Of a stretch of 64,000 nucleotides of DNA, positions 11,401-26,400 are shown one piece after another. Numbering within the stretch: the stretch's first letter is position 1; each line of letters begins with the position of its first letter. The DNA is from the human T2T-CHM13v2.0 reference genome, Homo sapiens. The position numbers and the translations under genes were made by a program. The notes under the pieces were generated by a model. It saw only the letters and a list, made by a program, of their open reading frames with translations. It was not told the origin of the DNA and made no database searches. The DNA lies in assembly GCF_009914755.1 (NCBI RefSeq), contig NC_060943.1; one strand, 5' to 3'.

Positions 11401-14400
11401 CATTCTCAGAAACTTCTTTGTGATGTGTGCGTTGAACCCAGAGAGATGAACCTTTCCTTTGATAGAGCAGTTTTGAAACGTGTTTTTGTAAGATCGGCAA
11501 GCGGATAATTGGCTTCGCTTTGTGTCCTTTGGTGGAAACGGGAATATCTTCTAATAAAAACTAGACAGAAATATTCTCAGAATCTCCTTTGTGATGTGGG
11601 CATTCAACTAACACAGTTGAACATTTCTTTTCACAGAGCAGTTTTGAAACACTCTTTTGGTAGAATCTGCCAGTGGATATTTGGAGCGCTTGGAGGGCTA
11701 TTGTGCCAATGGAAATATCTGCCCCTGAAAACTAGACAGAAGCATTCTCAGAAACTACTTCGTGATGTTTGCATTCAACACACAGAGTTGAACATACCTC
11801 TTCACAGAGCAGTTTTGAAAACCTCTTTCTGTAGAATCTGCAAGTGGATATTCGGACCACTTTGAGGCCTTCATAGGAAACAGTAATATCTTCACATAAA
11901 AACTAGACAGAAGCATTGTCAGAAAGTTCTTTGTGATGTGTGAATTCAACTCACAGAGTTGAACCTTCCTTCAATAGAGCAGTTGTGAAACACTCTTTTT
12001 CTAGAATCTGCAAGTAGATATTTGGAGCGCTTTGAGGCCTTCGTTGGAAACCGGAATATCTTCACAGGAAAAGTAGATAGAGGCATTCTCAGAAACTTTT
12101 TTGTGATATGTAGATTCAACTCACAGCGTTGAACCTTTCTTTGGATGGAGCAGTTTTGAAAAACCCTTTTATCGAATCTGCAGGTAGACATTTGGGGTGC
12201 TTTGAGGGCTGTGGTGCAAAAGGAAATGTCTTCCCATAGAAACTAGACTGAAGCATTCTCAGCAACTTCTTGGTGACGTTTGCATTCATCTCACAGTGTT
12301 GAACATACCTTTCCATAGAGTGGTTTTGAAACACTGTTTTTGTAGAATCGGCAAGTGGATATTTGGACTGCTTTGAGGCCTTCATCGGAAACGGGAATAT
12401 CTTCACATAAACACTAGAGAGAAGCATTCTCAGAAACTTCTTTGTCATCTGTCCATTCAACTCACAGAGTTGAACCTTCCTTTTTATGGAGCAGTTTTGA
12501 AACACTCATTTTGGAGAATCTGCAAGTGGATATTTGGAGCGCTTTGAGGCCTATGGTAGAAAAAGAAATATCTGCCTCTAAAAACCAGACAGAAGCATTC
12601 CGAGAAACTCCTTTGTGATGTTTGCATTCAACTAGCAGAGTTGAACCTTCCTTTTGATAGGGCAGTTTGGAAACACTCTTTTTGTAGAATCTGCATGTGG
12701 ATATCTGGAGCGGTTTGAGGCCTACGGTCAAAAAGGAAATATCTTCCTGGGAAAAATAGACGAAAGCATTCTCAGAAAGTGCTTTGTGATATGTGCATTC
12801 GACTCACCGAGTTGAAACTTTTTTTTGATAGAGCAGTTTTGAAACACTCTGTAGAATCTGAAAGTGGATATTTGGAGCTCTTTGAGGGCTATGGCGGAAA
12901 AGAAAATATATTCACGTTAAAAAAGTAGACAGCAGCATTCTCAGAAACTTCTTTAGGATGTTTGCAGTAAACTCACAGAGTTGAACATACCTTTCCGTAA
13001 AGCAGTTTTGAAACACTCTGTTTGTGGGATCCGCAAGTGGATATTTGGACCGCTTTGAGACCTTTGCTGGAAATGGGAATATCTTCACATATAAACTAGA
13101 CAGAAGCATTCTCAGAAACTTCCTCGTGATGTGTGCATTCTACTCCCGAATTTGAATCTTCCTTTTCCTGAAGCAGTTTTGAAACACTCTGTTTGTGCAA
13201 TCCACAATTGGATAATTGGAACGCTTTGATGCCCATGGTAGAAAAGGAAATATCCTCATATGAAAACTAGACAGAAGGATTCACAGAAAATGCTTTGTGA
13301 TGTGTGCATTCAAATCACGGAGTTGAATCTTTCTTTTGTCAGAGCAGTTTTGAAACACTGTTTCTGTGGAATCTGCCAGCGGACACTTGGAGCGCTTTGA
13401 GGGCTGTGGTGGAGAAGGAAATATCTTCCCATAAAAACTAGAAAGAAGCATTCTCAGAAACATTTATGTGAAGCGTGCATTCAACTCACAGAGTTGAACC
13501 TTCCTTTTGATACAACAGTTTTGAAACACTCTTTTGAACAATTGCAGGTGAATCTTTGGAGCGCTTTGAAGCCTTTGTTGGAAATGGGAATATCTTCACA
13601 CACAAACTAGCCAGAAGCATTCTCAGAAACTTCTTTGTGATGTGTGCGTTGAACCCAGAGAGATGAACCTTTCCTTTGATAGAGCAGTTTTGAAACGTGT
13701 TTTTGTAAGATCGGCAAGCGGATAATTGGCTTCGCTTTGTGTCCTTTGGTGGAAACGGGAATATCTTCTAATAAAAACTAGACAGAAATATTCTCAGAAT
13801 CTCCTTTGTGATGTGGGCATTCAACTAACACAGTTGAACATTTCTTTTCACAGAGCAGTTTTGAAACACTCTTTTGGTAGAATCTGCCAGTGGATATTTG
13901 GAGCGCTTGGAGGGCTATTGTGCCAATGGAAATATCTGCCCCTGAAAACTAGACAGAAGCATTCTCAGAAACTACTTCGTGATGTTTGCATTCAACACAC
14001 AGAGTTGAACATACCTCTTCACAGAGCAGTTTTGAAAACCTCTTTCTGTAGAATCTGCAAGTGGATATTCGGACCACTTTGAGGCCTTCATAGGAAACAG
14101 TAATATCTTCACATAAAAACTAGACAGAAGCATTGTCAGAAAGTTCTTTGTGATGTGTGAATTCAACTCACAGAGTTGAACCTTCCTTCAATAGAGCAGT
14201 TGTGAAACACTCTTTTTCTAGAATCTGCAAGTAGATATTTGGAGCGCTTTGAGGCCTTCGTTGGAAACCGGAATATCTTCACAGGAAAAGTAGATAGAGG
14301 CATTCTCAGAAACTTTTTTGTGATATGTAGATTCAACTCACAGCGTTGAACCTTTCTTTGGATGGAGCAGTTTTGAAAAACCCTTTTATCGAATCTGCAG

Positions 14401-17400
14401 GTAGACATTTGGGGTGCTTTGAGGGCTGTGGTGCAAAAGGAAATGTCTTCCCATAGAAACTAGACTGAAGCATTCTCAGCAACTTCTTGGTGACGTTTGC
14501 ATTCATCTCACAGTGTTGAACATACCTTTCCATAGAGTGGTTTTGAAACACTGTTTTTGTAGAATCGGCAAGTGGATATTTGGACTGCTTTGAGGCCTTC
14601 ATCGGAAACGGGAATATCTTCACATAAACACTAGAGAGAAGCATTCTCAGAAACTTCTTTGTCATCTGTCCATTCAACTCACAGAGTTGAACCTTCCTTT
14701 TTATGGAGCAGTTTTGAAACACTCATTTTGGAGAATCTGCAAGTGGATATTTGGAGCGCTTTGAGGCCTATGGTAGAAAAAGAAATATCTGCCTCTAAAA
14801 ACCAGACAGAAGCATTCCGAGAAACTCCTTTGTGATGTTTGCATTCAACTAGCAGAGTTGAACCTTCCTTTTGATAGGGCAGTTTGGAAACACTCTTTTT
14901 GTAGAATCTGCATGTGGATATCTGGAGCGGTTTGAGGCCTACGGTCAAAAAGGAAATATCTTCCTGGGAAAAATAGACGAAAGCATTCTCAGAAAGTGCT
15001 TTGTGATATGTGCATTCGACTCACCGAGTTGAAACTTTTTTTTGATAGAGCAGTTTTGAAACACTCTGTAGAATCTGAAAGTGGATATTTGGAGCTCTTT
15101 GAGGGCTATGGCGGAAAAGAAAATATATTCACGTTAAAAAAGTAGACAGCAGCATTCTCAGAAACTTCTTTAGGATGTTTGCAGTAAACTCACAGAGTTG
15201 AACATACCTTTCCGTAAAGCAGTTTTGAAACACTCTGTTTGTGGGATCCGCAAGTGGATATTTGGACCGCTTTGAGACCTTTGCTGGAAATGGGAATATC
15301 TTCACATATAAACTAGACAGAAGCATTCTCAGAAACTTCCTCGTGATGTGTGCATTCTACTCCCGAATTTGAATCTTCCTTTTCCTGAAGCAGTTTTGAA
15401 ACACTCTGTTTGTGCAATCCACAATTGGATAATTGGAACGCTTTGATGCCCATGGTAGAAAAGGAAATATCCTCATATGAAAACTAGACAGAAGGATTCA
15501 CAGAAAATGCTTTGTGATGTGTGCATTCAAATCACGGAGTTGAATCTTTCTTTTGTCAGAGCAGTTTTGAAACACTGTTTCTGTGGAATCTGCCAGCGGA
15601 CACTTGGAGCGCTTTGAGGGCTGTGGTGGAGAAGGAAATATCTTCCCATAAAAACTAGAAAGAAGCATTCTCAGAAACATTTATGTGAAGCGTGCATTCA
15701 ACTCACAGAGTTGAACCTTCCTTTTGATACAACAGTTTTGAAACACTCTTTTGAACAATTGCAGGTGAATCTTTGGAGCGCTTTGAAGCCTTTGTTGGAA
15801 ATGGGAATATCTTCACACACAAACTAGCCAGAAGCATTTTCAGAAACTTCTTTGTGATGTGTGCGTTGAACCCAGAGAGATGAACCTTTCCTTTGATAGA
15901 GCAGTTTGGAAACGTGTTTTTGTAAGATCGGCAAGCGGATAATTGGCTTCGCTTTGTGTCCTTTGGTGGAAACGGGAATATCTTCTAATAAAAACTAGAC
16001 AGAAATATTCTCAGAATCTCCTTTGTGATGTGGGCATTCAACTAACACAGTTGAACATTTCTTTTCACAGAGCAGTTTTGAAACACTCTTTTGGTAGAAT
16101 CTGCCAGTGGATATTTGGAGCGCTTGGAGGGCTATTGTGCCAATGGAAATATCTGCCCCTGAAAACTAGACAGAAGCATTCTCAGAAACTACTTCGTGAT
16201 GTTTGCATTCAACACACAGAGTTGAACATACCTCTTCACAGAGCAGTTTTGAAAACCTCTTTCTGTAGAATCTGCAAGTGGATATTCGGACCACTTTGAG
16301 GCCTTCATAGGAAACAGTAATATCTTCACATAAAAACTAGATAGAAGCATTGTCAGAAAGTTCTTTGTGATGTGTGAATTCAACTCACAGAGTTGAACCT
16401 TCCTTCAATAGAGCAGTTGTGAAACACTCTTTTTCTAGAATCTGCAAGTAGATATTTGGAGCGCTTTGAGGCCTTCGTTGGAAACCGGAATATCTTCACA
16501 GGAAAAGTAGATAGAGGCATTCTCAGAAACTTTTTTGTGATATGTAGATTCAACTCACAGCGTTGAACCTTTCTTTGGATGGAGCAGTTTTGAAAAACCC
16601 TTTTATCGAATCTGCAGGTAGACATTTGGGGTGCTTTGAGGGCTGTGGTGCAAAAGGAAATGTCTTCCCATAGAAACTAGACTGAAGCATTCTCAGCAAC
16701 TTCTTGGTGACGTTTGCATTCATCTCACAGTGTTGAACATACCTTTCCATAGAGTGGTTTTGAAACACTGTTTTTGTAGAATCGGCAAGTGGATATTTGG
16801 ACTGCTTTGAGGCCTTCATCGGAAACGGGAATATCTTCACATAAACACTAGAGAGAAGCATTCTCAGAAACTTCTTTGTCATCTGTCCATTCAACTCACA
16901 GAGTTGAACCTTCCTTTTTATGGAGCAGTTTTGAAACACTCCTTTTGGAGAATCTGCAAGTGGATATTTGGAGCGCTTTGAGGCCTATGGTAGAAAAAGA
17001 AATATCTGCCTCTAAAAACCAGACAGAAGCATTCCGAGAAACTCCTTTGTGATGTTTGCATTCAACTAGCAGAGTTGAACCTTCCTTTTGATAGGGCAGT
17101 TTGGAAACACTCTTTTTGTAGAATCTGCATGTGGATATCTGGAGCGGTTTGAGGCCTACGGTCAAAAAGGAAATATCTTCCTGGGAAAAATAGACGAAAG
17201 CATTCTCAGAAAGTGCTTTGTGATATGTGCATTCGACTCACCGAGTTGAAACTTTTTTTTGATAGAGCAGTTTTGAAACACTCTGTAGAATCTGAAAGTG
17301 GATATTTGGAGCTCTTTGAGGGCTATGGCGGAAAAGAAAATATATTCACGTTAAAAAAGTAGACAGCAGCATTCTCAGAAACTTCTTTAGGATGTTTGCA

Positions 17401-20400
17401 GTAAACTCACAGAGTTGAACATACCTTTCCGTAAAGCAGTTTTGAAACACTCTGTTTGTGGGATCCGCAAGTGGATATTTGGACCGCTTTGAGACCTTTG
17501 CTGGAAATGGGAATATCTTCACATATAAACTAGACAGAAGCATTCTCAGAAACTTCCTCGTGATGTGTGCATTCTACTCCCGAATTTGAATCTTCCTTTT
17601 CCTGAAGCAGTTTTGAAACACTCTGTTTGTGCAATCCACAATTGGATAATTGGAACGCTTTGATGCCCATGGTAGAAAAGGAAATATCCTCATATGAAAA
17701 CTAGACAGAAGGATTCACAGAAAATGCTTTGTGATGTGTGCATTCAAATCACGGAGTTGAATCTTTCTTTTGTCAGAGCAGTTTTGAAACACTGTTTCTG
17801 TGGAATCTGCCAGCGGACACTTGGAGCGCTTTGAGGGCTGTGGTGGAGAAGGAAATATCTTCCCATAAAAACTAGAAAGAAGCATTCTCAGAAACATTTA
17901 TGTGAAGCGTGCATTCAACTCACAGAGTTGAACCTTCCTTTTGATACAACAGTTTTGAAACACTCTTTTGAACAATTGCAGGTGAATCTTTGGAGCGCTT
18001 TGAAGCCTTTGTTGGAAATGGGAATATCTTCACACACAAACTAGCCAGAAGCATTCTCAGAAACTTCTTTGTGATGTGTGCGTTGAACCCAGAGAGATGA
18101 ACCTTTCCTTTGATAGAGCAGTTTTGAAACGTGTTTTTGTAAGATCGGCAAGCGGATAATTGGCTTCGCTTTGTGTCCTTTGGTGGAAACGGGAATATCT
18201 TCTAATAAAAACTAGACAGAAATATTCTCAGAATCTCCTTTGTGATGTGGGCATTCAACTAACACAGTTGAACATTTCTTTTCACAGAGCAGTTTTGAAA
18301 CACTCTTTTGGTAGAATCTGCCAGTGGATATTTGGAGCGCTTGGAGGGCTATTGTGCCAATGGAAATATCTGCCCCTGAAAACTAGACAGAAGCATTCTC
18401 AGAAACTACTTCGTGATGTTTGCATTCAACACACAGAGTTGAACATACCTCTTCACAGAGCAGTTTTGAAAACCTCTTTCTGTAGAATCTGCAAGTGGAT
18501 ATTCGGACCACTTTGAGGCCTTCATAGGAAACAGTAATATCTTCACATAAAAACTAGACAGAAGCATTGTCAGAAAGTTCTTTGTGATGTGTGAATTCAA
18601 CTCACAGAGTTGAACCTTCCTTCAATTGAGCAGTTGTGAAACACTCTTTTTCTAGAATCTGCAAGTAGATATTTGGAGCGCTTTGAGGCCTTCGTTGGAA
18701 ACCGGAATATCTTCACAGGAAAAGTAGATAGAGGCATTCTCAGAAACTTTTTTGTGATATGTAGATTCAACTCACAGCGTTGAACCTTTCTTTGGATGGA
18801 GCAGTTTTGAAAAACCCTTTTATCGAATCTGCAGGTAGACATTTGGGGTGCTTTGAGGGCTGTGGTGCAAAAGGAAATGTCTTCCCATAGAAACTAGACT
18901 GAAGCATTCTCAGCAACTTCTTGGTGACGTTTGCATTCATCTCACAGTGTTGAACATACCTTTCCATAGAGTAGTTTTGAAACACTGTTTTTGTAGAATC
19001 GGCAAGTGGATATTTGGACTGCTTTGAGGCCTTCATCGGAAACGGGAATATCTTCACATAAACACTAGAGAGAAGCATTCTCAGAAACTTCTTTGTGATC
19101 TGTCCATTCAACTCACAGAGTTGAACCTTCCTTTTTATGGAGCAGTTTTGAAACACTCCTTTTGGAGAATCTGCAAGTGGATATTTGGAGCGCTTTGAGG
19201 CCTATGGTAGAAAAAGAAATATCTGCCTCTAAAAACCAGACAGAAGCATTCCGAGAAACTCCTTTGTGATGTTTGCATTCAACTAGCAGAGTTGAACCTT
19301 CCTTTTGATAGGGCAGTTTGGAAACACTCTTTTTGTAGAATCTGCATGTGGATATCTGGAGCGGTTTGAGGCCTACGGTCAAAAAGGAAATATCTTCCTG
19401 GGAAAAATAGACGAAAGCATTCTCAGAAAGTGCTTTGTGATATGTGCATTCGACTCACCGAGTTGAAACTTTTTTTTGATAGAGCAGTTTTGAAACACTC
19501 TGTAGAATCTGAAAGTGGATATTTGGAGCTCTTTGAGGGCTATGGCGGAAAAGAAAATATATTCACATTAAAAAAGTAGACAGCAGCATTCTTAGAAACT
19601 TCTTTAGGATGTTTGCAGTAAACTCACAGAGTTGAACCTACCTTTCCGTAGAGCAGTTTTGAAACACTCTGTTTGTGGGATCCGCAAGTGGATATTTGGA
19701 CCGCTTTGAGACCTTTGCTGGAAATGGGAATATCTTCACATATAAACTAGACAGAAGCATTCTCAGAAACTTCCTCGTGATGTGTGCATTCTACTCCCGA
19801 ATTTGAATCTTCCTTTTCATGAAGCAATTTTGAAACACTCTGTTTGTGCGATCCACAATTGGATAATTGGAACGCTTTGATGCCCATGGTAGAAAAGGAA
19901 ATATCCTCATATAAAAACTAGACAGAAGGATTCACAGAAAATGCTTTGTGATGTGTGCTTTCAAATCACGGAGTTGAATCTTTCTTTTGTCAGAGCAGTT
20001 TTGAAACACTGTTTCTGTGGAATCTGCCAGCGGACACTTGGAGCGCTTTGAGGGCTGTGGTGGAGAAGGAAATATCTTCCCATAAAAACTAGAAAGAAGC
20101 ATTCTCAGAAACATTTATGTGAAGCGTGCATTCAACTCACAGAGTTGAACCTTCCTTTTGATACAACAGTTTTGAAACACTCTTTTGAACAATTGCAGGT
20201 GAATCTTTGGAGCGCTTTGAAGCCTTTGTTGGAAATGGGAATATCTTCACACACAAACTAGCCAGAAGCATTCTCAGAAACTTCTTTGTGATGTGTGCGT
20301 TGAACCCAGAGAGATGAACCTTTCCTTTGATAGAGCAGTTTTGAAACGTGTTTTTGTAAGATCGGCAAGCGGATAATTGGCTTCGCTTTGTGTCCTTTGG

Positions 20401-23400
20401 TGGAAACGGGAATATCTTCTAATAAAAACTAGACAGAAATATTCTCAGAATCTCCTTTGTGATGTGGGCATTCAACTAACACAGTTGAACATTTCTTTTC
20501 ACAGAGCAGTTTTGAAACACTCTTTTGGTAGAATCTGCCAGTGGATATTTGGAGCGCTTGGAGGGCTATTGTGCCAATGGAAATATCTGCCCCTGAAAAC
20601 TAGACAGAAGCATTCTCAGAAACTACTTCGTGATGTTTGCATTCAACACACAGAGTTGAACATACCTCTTCACAGAGCAGTTTTGAAAACCTCTTTCTGT
20701 AGAATCTGCAAGTGGATATTCGGACCACTTTGAGGCCTTCATAGGAAACAGTAATATCTTCACATAAAAACTAGACAGAAGCATTGTCAGAAAGTTCTTT
20801 GTGATGTGTGAATTCAACTCACAGAGTTGAACCTTCCTTCAATTGAGCAGTTGTGAAACACTCTTTTTCTAGAATCTGCAAGTAGATATTTGGAGCGCTT
20901 TGAGGCCTTCGTTGGAAACCGGAATATCTTCACAGGAAAAGTAGATAGAGGCATTCTCAGAAACTTTTTTGTGATATGTAGATTCAACTCACAGCGTTGA
21001 ACCTTTCTTTGGATGGAGCAGTTTTGAAAAACCCTTTTATCGAATCTGCAGGTAGACATTTGGGGTGCTTTGAGGGCTGTGGTGCAAAAGGAAATGTCTT
21101 CCCATAGAAACTAGACTGAAGCATTCTCAGCAACTTCTTGGTGACGTTTGCATTCATCTCACAGTGTTTAACATACCTTTCCATAGAGTAGTTTTGAAAC
21201 ACTGTTTTTGTAGAATCGGCAAGTGGATATTTGGACTGCTTTGAGGCCTTCATCGGAAACGGGAATATCTTCACATAAACACTAGAGAGAAGCATTCTCA
21301 GAAACTTCTTTGTCATCTGTCCATTCAACTCACAGAGTTGAACCTTCCTTTTTATGGAGCAGTTTTGAAACACTCCTTTTGGAGAATCTGCAAGTGGATA
21401 TTTGGAGTGCTTTGAGGCCTATGGTAGAAAAAGAAATATCTGCCTCTAAAAACCAGACAGAAGCATTCCGAGAAACTCCTTTGTGATGTTTGCATTCAAC
21501 TAGCAGAGTTGAACCTTCCTTTTGATAGGGCAGTTTGGAAACACTCTTTTTGTAGAATCTGCATGTGGATATCTGGAGCGGTTTGAGGCCTACGGTCAAA
21601 AAGGAAATATCTTCCTGGGAAAAATAGACGAAAGCATTCTCAGAAAGTGCTTTGTGATATGTGCATTCGACTCACCGAGTTGAAACTTTTTTTTGATAGA
21701 GCAGTTTTGAAACACTCTGTAGAATCTGAAAGTGGATATTTGGAGCTCTTTGAGGGCTATGGCGGAAAAGAAAATATATTCACATTAAAAAAGTAGACAG
21801 CAGCATTCTTAGAAACTTCTTTAGGATGTTTGCAGTAAACTCACAGAGTTGAACCTACCTTTCCGTAGAGCAGTTTTGAAACACTCTGTTTGTGGGATCC
21901 GCAAGTGGATATTTGGACCGCTTTGAGACCTTTGCTGGAAATGGGAATATCTTCACATATAAACTAGGCAGAAGCATTCTCAGAAACTTCCTCGTGATGT
22001 GTGCATTCTACTCCCGAATTTGAATCTTCCTTTTCATGAAGCAGTTTTGAAACACTCTGTTTGTGCGATCCACAATTGGATAATTGGAACGCTTTGATGC
22101 CCATGGTAGAAAAGGAAATATCCTCATATGAAAACTAGACAGAAGGATTCACAGAAAATGCTTTGTGATGTGTGCATTCAAATCACGGAGTTGAATCTTT
22201 CTTTTGTCAGAGCAGTTTTGAAACACTGTTTCTGTGGAATCTGCCAGCGGATACTTGGAGCGCTTTGAGGGCTGTGGTGGAGAAGGAAATATCTTCCCAT
22301 AAAAACTAGAAAGAAGCATTCTCAGAAACATTTATGTGAAGCGTGCATTCAACTTACAGAGTTGAACCTTCCTTTTGATACAACAGTTTTGAAACACTCT
22401 TTTGAACAATTGCAGGTGAATCTTTGGAGCGCTTTGAAGCCTTTGTTGTAAATGGGAATATCTTCACACACAAACTAGCCAGAAGCATTCTCAGAAACTT
22501 CTTTGTGATGTGTGCGTTGAACCCAGAGAGATGAACCTTTCCTTTGATAGAGCAGTTTTGAAACGTGTTTTTGTAAGATCGGCAAGCGGATAATTGGCTT
22601 CGCTTTGTGTCCTTTGGTGGAAACGGGAATATCTTCTAATAAAAACTAGACAGAAATATTCTCAGAATCTCCTTTGTGATGTGGGCATTCAACTAACACA
22701 GTTGAACATTTCTTTTCACAGAGCAGTTTTGAAACACTCTTTTGGTAGAATCTGCCAGTGGATATTTGGAGCGCTTGGAGGGCTATTGTGCCAATGGAAA
22801 TATCTGCCCCTGAAAACTAGACAGAAGCATTCTCAGAAACTACTTCGTGATGTTTGCATTCAACACACAGAGTTGAACATACCTCTTCACAGAGCAGTTT
22901 TGAAAACCTCTTTCTGTACAATCTGCAAGTGGATATTCGGACCACTTTGAGGCCTTCATAGGAAACAGTAATATCTTTGCATAAAAACTAGATAGAAGCA
23001 TTGTCAGAAAGTTCTTTGTGATGTGTGAATTCAACTCACAGAGTTGAACCTTCCTTCAATAGAGCAGTTTTGAAACACTCTTTTTCCAGAATCTGCAAGT
23101 AGATATTTCGAGCGCTTTGAGGCCTTCGTTGGAAACCGGAATATCTTCACAGGAAAAGTAGATAGAGGCATTCTCAGAAACTTTTTTGTGATATGTAGAT
23201 TCAACTCACAGCGTTGAACCTTTCTTTGGATGGAGCAGTTTTGAAAAACCCTTTTATCGAATCTGCAGGTAGACATTTGGGGTGCTTTGAGGGCTGTGGT
23301 GCAAAAGGTAATGTCTTCCCATAGAAACTAGACTGAAGCTTTCTCAGCAACTTCTTGGTGACGTTTGCATTCATCTCACAGTGTTGAACATACCTTTCCA

Positions 23401-26400
23401 TAGAGTGGTTTTGAAACACTGTTTTTGTAGAATCGGCAAGTGGATATTTGGACTGCTTTGAGGCCTTCATCGGAAACGGGAATATCTTCACATAAACACT
23501 AGAGAGAAGCATTCTCAGAAACTTCTTTGTCATCTGTCCATTCAACTCACAGAGTTGAACCTTCCTTTTTATGGAGCAGTTTTGAAACACTCCTTTTGGA
23601 GAATCTGCAAGTGGATATTTGGAGCGCTTTGAGGCCTATGGTAGAAAAAGAAATATCTGCCTCTAAAAACCAGACAGAAGCATTCCGAGAAACTCCTTTG
23701 TGATGTTTGCATTCAACTAGCAGAGTTGAACCTTCCTTTTGATAGGGCAGTTTGGAAACACTCTTTTTGTAGAATCTGCATGTGGATATCTGGAGCGGTT
23801 TGAGGCCTACGGTCAAAAAGGAAATATCTTCCTGGGAAAAATAGACGAAAGCATTCTCAGAAAGTGCTTTGTGATATGTGCATTCGACTCACCGAGTTGA
23901 AACTTTTTTTTGATAGAGCAGTTTTGAAACACTCTGTAGAATCTGAAAGTGGATATTTGGAGCTCTTTGAGGGCTATGGCGGAAAAGAAAATATATTCAC
24001 GTTAAAAAAGTAGACAGCAGCATTCTCAGAAACTTCTTTAGGATGTTTGCAGTAAACTCACAGAGTTGAACATACCTTTCCGTAGAGCAGTTTTGAAACA
24101 CTCTGTTTGTGGGTTCCGCACGTGGATATTTGGACCGCTTTGAGACCTTTGCTGGAAATGGGAATATCTTCACATATAAACTAGACAGAAGCATTCTCAG
24201 AAACTTCCTCGTGATGTGTGCATTCTACTCCCGAATTTGAATCTTCCTTTTCATGAAGCAGTTTTGAAACACTCTGTTTGTGCAATCCACAATTGGATAA
24301 TTGGAACGCTTTGATGCCCATGGTAGAAAAGGAAATATCCTCATATAAAAACTAGACAGAAGGATTCACAGAAAATGCTTTGTGATGTGTGCTTTCAAAT
24401 CACGGAGTTGAATCTTTCTTTTGTCAGAGCAGTTTTGAAACACTGTTTCTGTGGAATCTGCCAGCGGACACTTGGAGCGCTTTGAGGGCTGTGGTGGAGA
24501 AGGAAATATCTTCCCATAAAAACTAGAAAGAAGCATTCTCAGAAACATTTATGTGAAGCGTGCATTCAACTCACAGAGTTGAACCTTCCTTGTGATACAA
24601 CAGTTTTGAAACACTCTTTTGAACAATTGCAGGTGAATCTTTGGAGTGCTTTGAAGCCTTTGTTGGAAATGGGAATATCTTCACACACAAACTAGCCAGA
24701 AGCATTCTCAGAAACTTCTTTGTGATGTGTGCGTTGAACCCAGAGAGGTGAACCTTTCCTTTGATAGAGCAGTTTTGAAACGTGTTTTTGTAAGATCGGC
24801 AAGCGGATAATTGGCTTCGCTTTGTGTCCTTTGGTGGAAACGGGAATATCTTCTAATAAAAACTAGACAGAAATATTCTCAGAATCTCCTTTGTGATGTG
24901 GGCATTCAACTAACACAGTTGAACATTTCTTTTCACAGAGCAGTTTTGAAACACTCTTTTGGTAGAATCTGCCAGTGGATATTTGGAGCGCTTGGAGGGC
25001 TATTGTGCCAATGGAAATATCTGCCCCTGAAAACTAGACAGAAGCATTCTCAGAAACTACTTCGTGATGTTTGCATTCAACACACAGAGTTGAACATACC
25101 TCTTCACAGAGCAGTTTTGAAAACCTCTTTCTGTACAATCTGCAAGTGGATATTCGGACCACTTTGAGGCCTTCATAGGAAACAGTAATATCTTCACATA
25201 AAAACTAGACAGAAGCATTGTCAGAAAGTTCTTTGTGATGTGTGAATTCAACTCACAGAGTTGAACCTTCCTTCAATAGAGCAGTTGTGAAACACTCTTT
25301 TTCTAGAATCTGCAAGTAGATATTTGGAGCGCTTTGAGGCCTTCGTTGGAATCCGGAATATCTTCACAGGAAAAGTAGATAGAGGCATTTTCAGAAACTT
25401 TTTTGTGATATGTAGATTCAACTCACAGCGTTGAACCTTTCTTTGGATGGAGCAGTTTTGAAAAACCCTTTTATCGAATCTGCAGGTAGACATTTGGGGT
25501 GCTTTGAGGGCTGTGGTGCAAAAGGTAATGTCTTCCCATAGAAACTAGACTGAAGCATTCTCAGCAACTTCTTGGTGACGTTTGCATTCATCTCACAGTG
25601 TTGAACATACCTTTCCATAGAGTAGTTTTGAAACACTGTTTTTGTAGAATCGGCAAGTGGATATTTGGACTGCTTTGAGGCCTTCATCGGAAACGGGAAT
25701 ATCTTCACATAAACACTAGAGAGAAGCATTCTCAGAAACTTCTTTGTCATCTGTCCATTCAACTCACAGAGTTGAACCTTCCTTTTTATGGAGCAGTTTT
25801 GAAACACTCCTTTTGGAGAATCTGCAAGTGGATATTTGGAGCGCTTTGAGGCCTATGGTAGAAAAAGAAATATCTGCCTCTAAAAACCAGACAGAAGCAT
25901 TCCGAGAAACTCCTTTGTGATGTTTGCATTCAACTAGCAGAGTTGAACCTTCCTTTTGATAGGGCAGTTTGGAAACACTCTTTTTGTAGAATCTGCATGT
26001 GGATATCTGGAGCGGTTTGAGGCCTACGGTCAAAAAGGAAATATCTTCCTGGGAAAAATAGACGAAAGCATTCTCAGAAAGTGCTTTGTGATATGTGCAT
26101 TCGACTCACCGAGTTGAAACTTTTTTTTGATAGAGCAGTTTTGAAACACTCTGTAGAATCTGAAAGTGGATATTTGGAGCTCTTTGAGGGCTATGGCGGA
26201 AAAGAAAATATATTCACGTTAAAAAAGTAGACAGCAGCATTCTCAGAAACTTCTTTAGGATGTTTGCAGTAAACTCACAGAGTTGAACATACCTTTCCGT
26301 AGAGCAGTTTTGAAACACTCTGTTTGTGGGATCCGCAAGTGGATATTTGGACCGCTTTGAGACCTTTGCTGGAAATGGGAATAACTTCACATATAAACTA

